A stretch of 63,997 bases of DNA, filler included, from Catajapyx aquilonaris (taxonomy: Eukaryota): assembly GCA_000934665.2 (NCBI GenBank). It is 3 parts of 3 records of this genome, joined end to end, with 100 filler letters (N's around TTAATTAATTAA, not from the genome) between each part and the next. Parts side by side here need not be neighbours in the genome. Positions count along the whole stretch, not along the records: positions 1 to 21,291 come from KZ539475.1; 2 more parts are not named here. The stretch is one strand, 5' to 3'. The position numbers were made by a program, and so were the translations under genes. Below, one piece after another: positions 1 through 13,000 of the stretch. Below the pieces are notes generated by a model that saw only the letters and a list, made by a program, of their open reading frames with translations, was not told where the DNA came from and ran no database searches. The stretch's first letter is position 1; each line of letters begins with the position of its first letter.

Positions 1-100
1 TTGTTTTTAGGTTTATTCTCATGAGTTTTATTAGTTCATATGTTGGGTTAGCTTGCGTCTCCCTTCATCGCTGACCACCCCTCATAGGGAAATGTCGTGA

Positions 101-131
<31 letters not shown>

Positions 132-559
132 AAAAAATTACAGTAGAGCCCCTATTATCCGTCACGGGACTGGGGCATTGGTCTCAAACTCTGAAGTATA
201 GACTTGTGCGGATAGAGTGCACCCGGAAAACCAGAAGTGGCGGGTCACAGGAAGTTGGCCATGACACCTGTTTAGGTCACGTTTAATCAGAATCTGAAAA
301 CCTTTTGCCCCTATCTGAGGCCCTGATACCTGTCAACAGACGGACAGACAGAGCTGTTCTAAACGACTTTTTTTCGATGATGATAAAAAGTCTAAAAAGG
401 GAGCAAGAGGATGCACTATATTAAGCGCGCCGGATCTGACGTCACTCATATCTCGAAAATGGCTGCGAAGTGTGGGTTTTTACGTTCACCAGTGAATTCC
501 ACGCATGTAATTTACCCACTGAGCGATTTTTGTCCAAATTTATTAGTGGCATGTCACGG

Positions 560-876
560 TCCTCCCTTGTTAGAATTGCACTAATATTGCTTGATCGACA
601 TTTACATTTCTTATCAGTGCAGTACTTTTTGCAACTGCACCTTATGAATCCTTGCTTACTACCTGAACTTAAAGCTGAAGCCAATCAAAGAGATACAGAA
701 CTGGTTGAAGGAACTTCGTTCAGATCTATAAAATTGGAATCAGCAGGTGTGAACTCATTGCGAGCATACAGCCTCTCTAAAATTCCTTCTTTGGTGCCCA
801 ACTGGTAGAGCCCAGATGCATTAACGTCGACAACAACCACTAACACATTCCTGGCAGCCAAACTTCCTGGATCGGG
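560..876 (-). mobile_element. Degenerate C-terminal fragment of a KRBA2/SCAND3-like (Ginger/GIN-type DDE integrase) transposase
   Basis: Minus-strand translation PDPGSLAARNVLVVVVDVNASGLYQLGTKEGILERLYARNEFTPADSNFIDLNEVPSTSSVSL*LASALSSGSKQGFIRCSCKKYCTDKKCKCRSSNI, with one in-frame stop and the Cys-rich tail typical of this family (recognised from memory). An inverted copy of its 3' part lies at ~881-981 and resumes at 3396. Confidence 0.65.
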
Positions 877-981
877 TTGAGCTTTTAAGTTCAGGTAGTA
901 AGCAGAGATTCATAAGTCACAGTTGCAAAAAGTACTACATTGATAAGAAATGTAAATGTACAGTTCAAGTAATACTAAATG

Positions 982-3353
982 GGGGAGGCGGAGTGGTGCT
1001 GCGGTAACGTATGCACCCACGGATGTTAAGGTCCCGGGTTCGATCCCAGCCCGGGGACACCCCGTTCATCTCGTGCAGAGTTCAGGGTCACCTCTGGCTT
1101 CATCTCAGGTGGTATTTCCAACAGACTAAACCACCCGGGGGAGTTCACTAAAAATAATAGCCATGTTAAGATATAGCATTGCACTGCACCTTGCACATCC
1201 CCTCCTGTCACCCTGCCCATGTGCCCGGGCGCTACGTTATCAGGTCCTGATGTATACTAATGTATATGGGTCATTCCATGTCAATTCACCGAGCTTTTAA
1301 GGAAAATTGACCCTTGGGTTGTCAGATTTTGACGAAAATCGGCGAATAGCTTTAATTACGTCTTTCAAAAATACCATTTGCGCGGTTTTGAGATTTACCC
1401 CCCCTCCCCGGAGATAGGCCCACCGAAAAAAACGTCCTTTTCGGAAGGTAGGGTTTCAGAAATCGGTCATATCTCGTGAACCAATTGAGCTACAGACGTC
1501 GTAGACCACTCCCTTTGAAGAGATTCGAGAGCCCAATCTCACTAAGGATTGAAAATTCGTATTGTAACTTTTTTGAAAATTTTGTCCCATTTTCAAAATT
1601 AAAAAAAAAAATTAAAAAAATCCGCCAAATTTAAAAATCCGATTTTTAAATATGTTGTAACTCAGACCCTTTCCCTGACATAGAAAAAAAATCTCAGGAG
1701 GAGTTTTTTGATTTAAGGAAAATAATTGCATTTGAAGGAACGCATGTGCGCCTTGAAAGTACGCAATGGGGCCAAATATAGGCCCTAATCAGTCCCAGAA
1801 TGATCCATGAACAGAGTTATCTAAATAGACACTGTCTAATGGGATGACTAACAGTGCTGGAGAGGAAATGCATGGTACTGTATTTATTACAAAAATGGTC
1901 CTTTTGCTATTTTTACAAAATTTCAAAGACTGCCAAGAATTGAGATTTTCGCATAAGAAAAAGTGCGCTGATTGATTGCACACAGCAGCTTCATGAGTTG
2001 CTTATTTAAAAGAAAGAAAGACGGGAATTAGCCTATTATATTGCCCCGCACTGTCGGTACAGGGNAATCCCTCCCCCCCCTCTCTCTCTCTCTCGAGGTC
2101 GAACCTTTTGCTGACTTTCCCCGTCAAGGCCTGTTTATGCCCTTGCGAAGTGAGCCCAGTTCGCGCGACCAGGGTGCTTTGGCAACGATAACGGTGCCCA
2201 CCAGAGATAATGTCGGAACGAATCGAGCGCAAGCGACCGTTTTTCTCCCAAGGAGTCTTTTCCGCAAGGACGCAACGGATTCGTAACCTCTGCTGTGCCC
2301 CTGCTTCTCCTCCTTCCCCCATCTACCCATTCCCTCTGCCTATATTGGTCTTGTCACCCTGCTGAGAATTTTAAATATGACCAATCAGGGTCCGGGTGGA
2401 GCCTCCCCCCTTGCAACTCTCCGTGTTCATCTGGCCACTCCACACTACGTCTCTGTCGAGACCATTTGCCAACTACCATTCTATTTCCTTATTACGCAGC
2501 TGTAAAGGTAATTGTGAATGCATATTTTGGTTTTTCTTTGTTTCAAGGCAAAGGCGAAGGGACTCAGACAGAGAAAACCGACATCCAGCACACCCATGTC
2601 CCATAGTAACGGAAATTAATGTAAAAATGGCAATTTATTAACATTTTTTGTAATCATTGCGCCAAAATTATAAAATGAGCATTTTTTGCCATGAATGCCA
2701 CACATTTCCTCTTCAGCACTGTTAGTCATCCCATTAGACAGTGTCTATTTAGATAACTCTGTTCATGGATCATTCTGGGACTGATTAGGGCCTATATTTG
2801 GCCCCATTGCGTACTTTCAAGGCGCACATGCGTTCCTTCAAATGCAATTATTTTCCTTAAATCAAAAAACTCCTCCTGAGATTTTTTTTCTATGTCAGGG
2901 AAAGGGTCTGAGTTACAACATATTTAAAAATCGGATTTTTAAATTTGGCGGATTTTTTTTTTTTAAATTTTAAATTTTGAAAATGGGACAAAATTTTCAA
3001 AAAAGTCACAATACGAATTTTCAATCCTTAGTGAGATTGGGCTCTCGAATCTCTTCAAAGGGAGCGGTCTACGACGTCTGTAGCTCAATTGGTTCACGAG
3101 ATATGACCAATTTCTGAAACCCTACCTTCCGAAAATGACGTTTTTTTTCGGTGGGCCTATCTCCGGGGAGGGGGGTAAATCTCAAAACCGCGCAAATGGT
3201 ATTTTTGAAAGACGTAATTAAAGCGATTCGCCGATTTTCGTCAAAATCTGACAACCCGAGGGTCAGGGGGCTCGGTGAATTGACATGGAATGACCCATAT
3301 GAGTAATAAAGGTCCGTGCCATATAACTCGCAAGGAGTTCGTGCACTACCCGG

Positions 3354-3395
<42 letters not shown>
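982..3395 (+). mobile_element. tRNA-derived SINE interrupted by a DNA transposon (SINE parts 982-1267 and 3297-3395)
   Basis: A-box-like TGGTGCTGCGG, B-box GGTTCGATCCC (1037-1047), (TTA)n tail to 3395, and a perfect 15-bp TSD AAGTAATACTAAATG at 967-981 and 3396-3410. Confidence 0.85.
1268..3296. mobile_element. Non-autonomous long-TIR DNA transposon, probably Sola2-dependent
   Basis: Near-perfect inverted arms of ~600 bp (1268-1870 vs 2703-3296), termini GGGTCATTCC...GGAATGACCC, 4-bp TSD ATAT. The first 8 bp of the terminus (GGGTCATT) are shared with the Sola2-like element at 18668-21109. Confidence 0.8.
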
Positions 3396-3397
<2 letters not shown>

Positions 3398-3446
3398 GTA
3401 ATACTAAATGTAATTCTAAGTGTGACTAATAAGTGTTAGAATGCTA

Positions 3447-3680
3447 GAGGCGGATTCCAAGGTCCCCTAAGTCCATTTTCAAGAAAAATGAGCTGAGGAC
3501 ATCGATTGGTAGCTTATGGTACTCCCCACCTCCTCCTGAGGTCAGAATACACCACATGTCTCTAGGTCCAAGCACGGAAATCGGAGGATTTTTCCGAATC
3601 CATATAAGTCCATATATACTTTATGATAACAAAAACTCAAAGGACACAAACGAACGTAGGGGACATTGGAATCCCGCCTC
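3447..3680. mobile_element. Small MITE
   Basis: TIR pair GAGGCGGATTCCAAGGTCCCCTA / TAGGGGACATTGGAATCCCGCCTC; no clear TSD. Confidence 0.5.
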
Positions 3681-4095
3681 TTATGATGAAGGTAATAGTT
3701 CCTGGAAAATAAACAGCATCAGCAAATGTTAAATATTTCAAACATTTGCCAAACAACAATAGGGTGATTTATTTCCAGCATCTACGTGGCATAGTGGGAA
3801 ACAGGAAACATACTGCCACAATGAGTTACGTGCATCTTCTAAGCTTCGGTTATGATGATGATGATGATGATTATTATTATTATTATTAGTCACCATAGTC
3901 CAAGAGATGGCAGGAGTATAGTGAACCTCATTTGGACCTGCAAAGTTCGAATTCTGTGTGCACATTTTAGGGCGCCAAATTAAAAAATCTGCAGATCATC
4001 GTATGATGCTCGTCGCCTGCAACGGGTTAAGGATGCTGCTTTTTTTTTTCAATTCTGCCCCACAATGCACCTATTTCTTCATGTTGCTTTCATAC

Positions 4096-7000
4096 CCACC
4101 ATGTTGTAGATCAGGATGTACCCTGAAAGCATATTTGCTCGCAATGTCAATCATGTCGTTGGGATGCAACGTCATGGTGACACCAGGTTGGACCGGGACA
4201 CCATTGAGGAGTGTAACATTTAATCCCTGAAAAAGAAGGCAATAGTCATGAATTCATGATACAAACTGCTGCACTCAATAAGAGTTTCTGGCCTTTCAGA
4301 AGGTCAGAGCAATAATTCTAAGAGGGACGTACTGCATAATTTCATGGATAGGTGGACTCATTGTTCAAATGACAAAACAAAGAATGGTTGAAAATAACGG
4401 GTAAACACAATTTTGGTTTGGGTTTCTCATCGATTAATCAGTACAAATTAAACAAAAAACAAAACAAACCTGACTTGAACCTCCACGGAAGGGCACGTTT
4501 ACGCACCTTTGTAAATAAAATCAGAGTGTTACATTAGGAAAATATCAATTCTGATGGTACTGTTGAATCTCCACGTACTATGAGCATGGAAATGGCATGG
4601 ACACTTGTCAATGGTCAGCTTACTGCCAAGTGTCCGAACCATTTCCACGCTGATAGTACATGTGCCTTTCCCTTGATCCATATAACCCAAATGTATTCCT
4701 AGGCAGGTTGGCAAATAAAAGTGGAATGTGTGATGCTAATGAGGTCAAAATATGAGGGTTGGATTTTAAATAGTGGCAACCCTATATTCCCCTTGCTCAC
4801 GGAAATGGGGTTGTAGCTTCTGAGCAAGAAGGGAGATCCATACAGACATGGGGTTGTTTCTGTCAAGTTTGAACCCGATTGTGCTACTGATGATGGTGAC
4901 AGGGTAGTTCAAAGTGGCCTCATCCTTGTGCACATGCACAGCCCTAATCCATGCCATCTACGTTAGAACAGCGCTCTTGGTGTCATATTGTGTCATTCTG
5001 TACCCGAGGGCAGGACTGTCAATGCCCAGTACTATTGTGACTTCTTGGAATACTATCTGAGAGTAACGATATGACGCAAGCAACCGCACTACCTGAACAC
5101 CAGCCCTATCATGTTGCACGACAATGCGCCTTGCCATGTTGCAGCTGCAGTGAGAGAATTATTGCTTCGTTGGCAATAAGAAACACTGGAGAACCCTCCC
5201 TACTCTTCACACATGAGAAGTCGCAATAGTACTGGGCATTGACAGTCCTGCCCTCAGGTACAGCATGACATGATATGACACCCAAGAGCGCAGTTCTAAC
5301 TTCAATGGCATGGCTTAGGGCTGTGCACGAGGATGAGGCCCCTTTGAACCACACTGTCACCGTCACCAAAGTAGCACAATCGGGTCTAAACTTGACACAA
5401 ACAAGCCCCACGTATGTCTGGATCTCCCTTCTTGCACAGAAGCCACAACCTGTTCCAAGGGGAACAGGGTTGCCACTATTTAAAATCCAACCCTGTATGC
5501 AAGGGACATTCTGAAAGTACATGACTTTTCTATGAAGGAGTTTGATATTACACATATTAAAATGGGGCAACATGTACAGGCATTCTTCCAATGATGGCAG
5601 GATATTGCATCATCCTGACATGAAGCATATCAATATTCTTCAACACACTTTCTGTTCCACACACAGTATTTCCTCAACTTTCCTTACGTTCCTACTTCCT
5701 GTGATAGATATTAGACAATCATCCTGCACCTGAGGTGAGCTGTAACAAGTGCTGTAATCCTACCTTGATCATTAAAGCAAAGCGTAACGAGGCAGTCTGT
5801 GTTCTGATTATGTAATCGGCATAGAAGGTAACCTTTGACCTCTGAGGTCACAACAGGTGCCTCATTTTCAGAAATGCTTCTTTTACATGCATGCAGAGTA
5901 CCATCCTGCACTTTTGTTCCTTGCAGGTAAGGATTCAACAACAACAACAACACCATCCCGACATTTATCTATAAGGGTAGTCAGCGATGAAGGGAGACGC
6001 AAGTTAACCCCACATAACGTGTGGGGCAAACGTCCCGGGCAGATAAAAACACTGCAGCATTGCGTAAGTAAGGAACGATTATATATTTTTTAAAATTACA
6101 CTACACAGAGAAAGATATGCCATTTATAGCTCAAGGTCCAAAAACGTCACTTCTTGAAAACAACACCGGATAGATGTCCACCTTTGCGAGAAACACATTC
6201 TTCCAAGCGCCGGACGAAACCCTTCATACTGCGCTCCAGCATGTCCAGGGGAATGTTTCTACGGCGTGTCTTATCTGATCCTTAAGGGGGCACTACAGTC
6301 ATCGACCTTCATTTTTTTTTTAATTGAAAAAAATCAAGCGTCTTTTCCTGCGTCGAATGCGGCAAACCGCGTCCCGAAATTCAAAAAACTGCCGTGTCGG
6401 GAGCCGACTCCTGGTAACCTTGCCTGGCAATGACCTTCGGAATCTTTTAACTTTAAACGCGTTTTTCTCAGTTTTCCGGATTTGGACAAGGCGGGCATCG
6501 CTCAGGCCACAAAAATTTAGCTACGGACTTCCCACTTCACCAAATTTATCCTCAAACATGGCGCTATCGTTCGGCCTAAAAGAATTAGCCTGCTCGAGCT
6601 ACTTCTATTTGTAACTTTCATAAATGTTTTCTCAAAACTGCTTAATTTTGTAGTTATCTTTCTGAAATCGTCAAAAAAATACTAAAACGATTTCAAAAAT
6701 TATAATTCTAGGTCAAACGAAAACTACATGCTCAAGGAAGCCTGAGGTCAAATCTGACGGTTGTAGGTTGACCCCAGTGCCCTAAATCGTGCCCGCAGTG
6801 GCGTGACGTCACGCAGCCCTGGCGGCCCTTTAACACATGAACGTGATTCAGTTATAGGTGCTAATACGTCTTTGACTTATGTACATTCATGAATATGAAG
6901 TCCCAACTTCTTGTCTGTAATGGTTTGTTTTTTTTGCAATTTTTTACAAAAACCTTGATTTTAACTGTAGTGCCCCCTTAAGATCAGCCAATGACTGAGG

Positions 7001-10000
7001 ACGTGTGGCGAACACCAGACAAATTAAAAGTTAAGTGTTTCCTGGGTGGGTCATTTCGAGATTTGGGGACATTCCATGGTCGCTGTGGTCGCAGGATTTG
7101 ACCATCCCCAACTTCTTCTTGTGGGGGAACCTGAAGATTTTGGTGTTTGCCACACGCCGTCAGTCATTGGCTGCCGTGAGAAACATTCCCCTGGACATGC
7201 TGGAGCGTGTTATGAAGGGTTTCGTCCAGCGCTTGGAGGAATGTGTTGCCCGCGCAAAGGTGGACATCTATCCGGTGTTGTTTTCAAGAAGTTACTTTTT
7301 TGGACCTTGATCCATAAATGGCATATCTTTCTCTGTGTAGTGTAATTTTTTTTAAATATAATCTTTCATTACTTATGCCATGCTGCGTCGTTTTTATCCA
7401 TCCATGACTTTTGCACCACCCTGCATGAACTAAATTAAAACTTGTCAAAATAAAAGTATAAACTACTAATCTTGTCCCACCCCACAGTGTGTTCAAACGC
7501 GAGAACACTTGGACAAAAATGGTAAAACCAAGTTGGCAGAGTCGTGTCAAATCTGCCCTAATGTAAGAAATTAATGTCTGAACAATAGGTTCAATTGAGA
7601 TGCATTTTATGCCAGGCAGGTACTCAAGTCGAGTGTTCGTCTGCCACCTTTTTGTGTCTATTCAGTTGGCTTCGAATGGTCATGGAAGAAAGGTCACCGC
7701 ATTTCCAAATTCAGGCTCATCCGCATTTTAAGTTGTGCATAAAATACCTCTGGCTAAGTCTCCAAGGGCTAAGTACTACTTACCCTAGTGTAGCAATTTG
7801 AATGTGACCTTGAAATATCAGTGCCAGGCACTCCTTTGTTGAGGCCTCCTCCATCACGCGTATTTGTCACGTCATTGATTTGATTTCAAAGACGAAAAGT
7901 AATGGATTTCGCAATATTTCACTTCGAATCTCACATTAAACGAAAGACTAGACTCCCTAGTTGTAGACTCACTTCGTTTCAATACCACATAATGCCACAT
8001 TTTTTCCAAAAAGGAGGCAGCATTTGTCATGCTACCCTGACAAAAGTTGCAATTACGTGCACTTAAAACTAAGTGAATCTATAACAGGGGAGTCTAGTCA
8101 TTCGTTTGGTGTGTCATTCGAAGAGAAACTTGTGAAATGCACTACTTTTCATCTTGAAAATCAGAGGAATATCGTGACCTTCGTGACAAATCCGCGCGGA
8201 ATGAAAGCCATTTTTGTCCAAGCATTTCCACGTTTGGACACACTGTGCACCCCCACCGCCCAACCCTGCGCATCTCAGACGATGGACAGGGTGAGAATTC
8301 AACTATTATAAATGGAATCTACCAGTGTTTTCTAAGGTATTGGCAAAGAAGCAACATGCAATATCTTGCACCGTGTAACTTCACACCCATTTGTGAATCC
8401 AACCCCAACTGAAAGATTCATTGGTCTTGAGCCATCATATACACCAAATATAGGTACTACAACTACTGTACATATAGGATATCACTCACAAAATGGATTA
8501 GTTGCCAATTTCCACTGTTGGAGCATCTCACAAATTCGACCTGTTTCCGGCTGAGAAACGGATCCAGGACAGGTACATCTGCATTTTCTTCTCTCCCGAG
8601 AACAACCTATAAAGAAATATGTGACAACAAGATGGGTAGGAAAATAATTGGAACTGTGCAGTCAAGATGTGTCCATAAGAACTACAAGGGCTATCTGATA
8701 ATTATTGGCAACACTGTTACCACTCGGCACCCCAGGCTTCCAGGACCGAATGTGGATAGGTACTTTCAGAGTCGGCCCTGGGGAACCCTACGGTAGCATT
8801 TGCGAAGCACTCGCAGCAGTATGTGCGGAGCAATGCCTGTTCAAAGTGTACCCCCTCCACGTGATCACCCTAAAGACAGCTCTGCTTCATCAAGATCCCT
8901 GATCGTCCCTGTTTCACGTGGAAAATCTGTCAGACAGCACCATCAAGGTCTTGTGCAGGCGTGTGGTGACGCTGCCTCCCGTATCGTTCTATTGCGAGGT
9001 TCGTACAAGCTTGAAGAAGGCCCCCTCCCATACCGCAACAAACCCGACCCATTGTGAAGCTGTGACAACTTTGTTGCATGTGGACTAGTGATGGACCTGC
9101 ATCGAATTGGCAATGGAAATTGGAAAGCAGCATCAATTCCATAATTGCAACATCATCTCCGCCAAGAACTTCGCCTTAAGAGGAAGGATTTGTTGCAGAG
9201 GGGACCCATTGCCTTCCACGACAACGCTTACTGTCATGTGGCTATTGCTGTTCGGAAATTTTCTTCGGAAATGAGAATGGGAGCTCTTGGAACATCCTCC
9301 CTATTCATCTGACATGAGTACATGTGACTACAATCAACTACAAAAATGAAGGAACCCTTAGATTGCTTTTGTTTCTGAAAGAGGGAAGCATATCGTCGGG
9401 TTAAGGAGAAAGGGTGAATAGACAATTTTTCAAAAAATGGTGAAAATGCATATCTTAAGGTATCATCACCCACCGCATGCTTTGGTGAAATGGCAGATTT
9501 GTACGTAGAACAGTCTGCCTGTACGAGAAAGTGGTTCCAGAGAATATCCAAAAACAGCACAAGTAGAAAGGACAAATATGCCATATTCGCCATTTCTCCT
9601 TACTCTGCTTTCCATGTATAGTTATATTTATATTATTGTTACAATTGAAGGGGTCGGTGGAATACTGCCCTAACCCTCCCAAACCTGATTTTGAGAAAAC
9701 TGAAGTTGAAAGTTTGAGATGACCCATAAATCACATTTTCCATAGGACAATTTTCATATCTCCCCCAATATACAAGGCACTAATAAGGGATATTTATGTG
9801 CTATTATGAGGATGGTGATGCACCACCCGCTCTAAGAATGAACAAAATAAGGTGGCCATGTGTGAAAAAAAGGGTTAGGGCAGTATTGCACCCAACTTGT
9901 AATGCGAACTAAATTGTGGTCAAGAACGTATCACAAGCTTCACTAGTTAGTTTAGTGATCATATAAATTATATCAAATGAACTGTTGTGAGATGAGGAAC

Positions 10001-13000
10001 ATTTTGGTGGCATCGGGTATAACCTAGATTGTAAAATAAAAATGCTAAAAAATTCGCATTATTGTTCAAAACGGACACATTTCATATGGTCCAATGTCAT
10101 TATTAAACACATGCTAAGCATGTGGAATTAATATGGTAGGTATACATTGTCATCTGATCATTACTATACTGTCGAAGGACAACATCACAGGTCAAGCAGT
10201 CTTGGAAATAAAACTTCTGAAATGTCTGTTTTCCACTAATTTGGTCATCTTTGGGGCCATTTTTCTCAACTGATGTGGGGCTGGGTTTAAGTTACCAGAA
10301 GCGTCATTTCATGCATAACATAGCGGTATAAGAACTGTTCACTTACCATAAAAAAATGGTTCACTCGCAACATCAAATAACGTGGAGTAGCCTATAGAGG
10401 GCTTTTCCGGACATTTCATGATTTATTATGTCCAAGTCTGATTGACCTTGATGTTGCCCTACAGTAGTAATGATCAGATGACAATGTACCTACCACATTA
10501 ATTCCACACACTTAGCATGTGTTTAACAATGACATTGGACCATATGAAATGTGTCCGTTTTGCACAATAATGCGATTTTTTAGCATTTTTATTTTACAAT
10601 CTAGGGTAAACACGTTGCCACAAAATGTTCCTCATCTCACAACAGTTCACTTGATATAATATGAACATGAGGGTACAACAATAACTTCACCTGAAATAAA
10701 TGGACCTTCGAATTCGTCTCCATTGTTTCTGAAAGACGTTGCCATATCTCCGTGGGATTTTCACCTGGGAGGCTCTTAACTTTATTTTTGGCAACACTTA
10801 AATGATTTTTATATATCAAATTATGAGATGGTCGAGCCACCAACTTGTGTGTCGTGACATGGAATGACCCAACTAACGGGCCCCCTGAGGGACTGTACAC
10901 GACCCCCAACCTGAGACATTGCACATGCACCAGTGTCCCCCCCTCCCCCTCCTATCCCTACCCTGTCCCTGCACGATAGTGGTAATCCACTCCCTTAAGA
11001 GAGCCCATGGCTCTAGCACGGGGTATATCTATTTTTTAAAAAAATGACCCAACTATTATTATTATTTTGCTGCAATTGACTACTACTTTGCACATCATCA
11101 TCATCAGGATCGAACTATGAATCTTAGGTACTCTCATCCACATCTGTGTCATCAGGCAAAAGCTCACTTTTTAACCTCCTGAGACCCCTGGTACAGTATA
11201 CTGTACCTTTGTTTTTTCCAGCACCTTCTGACTAACTCAAACGAGTAAAAAAAAACAAAGGTGATTGAAAGGTGTACTAGGGGTCTCAGGAGGTTATGCC
11301 AGACTCGTGAGACAGCTGCTCGCAGCTGCAACCTACGCGCTGCCATATTTGAATATGGAGGGTTAGGGCGGTTTTGGTGCAGAAAAGGCATTCATAACCT
11401 TGCAGCAAGAAAAACATAGTTTGATTTCTCGCCAACAAATGGCAGAAACGGGACTATCTCAGTGTACTTTATTAGATATTTGAGTGTAGTATATGGAAGT
11501 GCGCGAAACTCAATTTGTGTCATTTGGTGGGTTAGGGCAGTATAGCACCGACCCCTTCAATTACTCCCACTCCTTTTGATTTTTATTGAAACTAAATGTA
11601 AATCCATGCCTAATAAGGGGCGAATGTTGTGAGTGACATGGACTTTCTTTTTCTAACAATTTAGGAAGAAGGGCGAATATCCATTTAATCTATTACACTG
11701 AATTATATTTAATAATTTTCTAATAGTGACCGCCAAAGAAAATCAATGCATTGCTCCAATGCAATCCAAAAACTTTTAGCTTATAGAGTGATACTGCGAT
11801 TTGTGAAGACGATTTTAAACCTATTATTAGCTCTCCTGTAAAATTTATAAAATGATCTATTCGCCCTGACGATATCTTATGGTGGTCTGTGCATAACTCC
11901 TCCATACAAAAAAATGTTGACGACATTCGAAGCTTTCCATGGATATGGGAAAATGTGATAAAAATAGCTACACCTAGGTAATATGAAATGGCCAGTGTGT
12001 ACCCATACTGGTATGAAAATTACAGCAGTGTTGCCAATAATTATCGGACAACCCACGTATGAGTATTACTTCAGTGATGCCCACAAGTGATGTGAATAAT
12101 GTGTGTTGCATCATGCCAGGGACACTTCCATTACTCCATGAGTTACACTAAGCAAACCTTCCTAACATATGCAAAAGTTAGTGCAGTTTTTTGGAAAAAT
12201 AAAAAATATGTAAAACTTGTTTGCAAAACATATTTATCAAAATATTGGCCATCACTTTCAATAACCCTTTGCCAATGTTGGGGCAAAACTGTGTGTTTTA
12301 ACCCTTTGAGGCCTATGTGCATCACATGATGACCTTAGCATTTTTGAATGTGGCGCACTAGGATGTGCATAGAGAATTTGACCTTTGCGGTTCAATATGC
12401 TCCTGCCATCTCTTGGATGGTGACTCAGCTACCATAACAGTCCCAGAATCCCCACGGCTTCCGCAAAGTTGAGTCGTATATGCCAAGGTCGTGTTGCTCC
12501 CACACGCTAATTTATGTAAACATGCATCCCCAGTACAGGGTGTCCATAAAGCCTGGACCCTTGGGAGTTTCTCATAGTACAATGTTGTGGTAATATTATG
12601 TAACCATAATAACAATGTATAGTGACTAGGTAAACTTGTTAGGCCTATCAACGTCCTGAGAGCCAGACGATTCTTTAAAAAATATTTCTGGGACACCCTG
12701 TAGATGAATTTTTCCCAGCATTTTACATTCAAAAGGACCACCACGAATTAAAATGACTCATTTTGGCGCGAAGTTGTTTTTCATTAATACCACTCCTACA
12801 TCTAATTTTGGGCAAAAAAGAAGGGGGAAAAAAAACGGTCCAAAAACCTGCCAAAAACTCCGCTGTCAAACTTTTTGTGACCAACGACCCTTTTTTTGCT
12901 ATAACTTGGCAAATTTAGGACATTCGAGATTAATCTTCGAGAACATTTTCATTTGACTATTTCTTTGATGAATGACATTTAGTTTAAATTTTTTGAGCAA

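Larger units (their letters stand above)
9647..11558. mobile_element. Non-autonomous DNA transposon with AATT TSD (Sola1-like)
   Basis: TIR GAAGGGGTCGGTG.AATACTGCCCTAACCC / GGGTTAGGGCAGTATAGCACCGACCCCTTC, TSD AATT (9643-9646 and 11559-11562), internal inverted repeat ~9968-10206 vs ~10431-10660. Confidence 0.7.
8685..12057 (+). mobile_element. Degenerate mariner element split by nested insertions
   Basis: TIRs CAAGGGCTATCTGATAATTATTGGCAACACT / AGTGTTGCCAATAATTATCGGACAACCCACG with TA flanks. Remnants include HQGLVQACGDAA (HTH region), FHDNAYCH, WELLEHPPYSSDMSTCDY and a C-terminal IRSFPWIWENVI near 11925-11960. Confidence 0.75.

Noticed and set aside
982..1060. tRNA-like heads here and at 16905 and 29714
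   Set aside because: They continue into SINE bodies with microsatellite tails or TSDs and lack a complete cloverleaf, so they are not tRNA genes.
3738..3965. Possible fourth exon of the FHA gene (acceptor at 3937)
   Set aside because: Phase-compatible only with one of two candidate donors, no recognisable homology, and it runs into a microsatellite.
5708..5926. Two plus-strand exon-like segments with good splice signals
   Set aside because: No recognisable product or partner exons.
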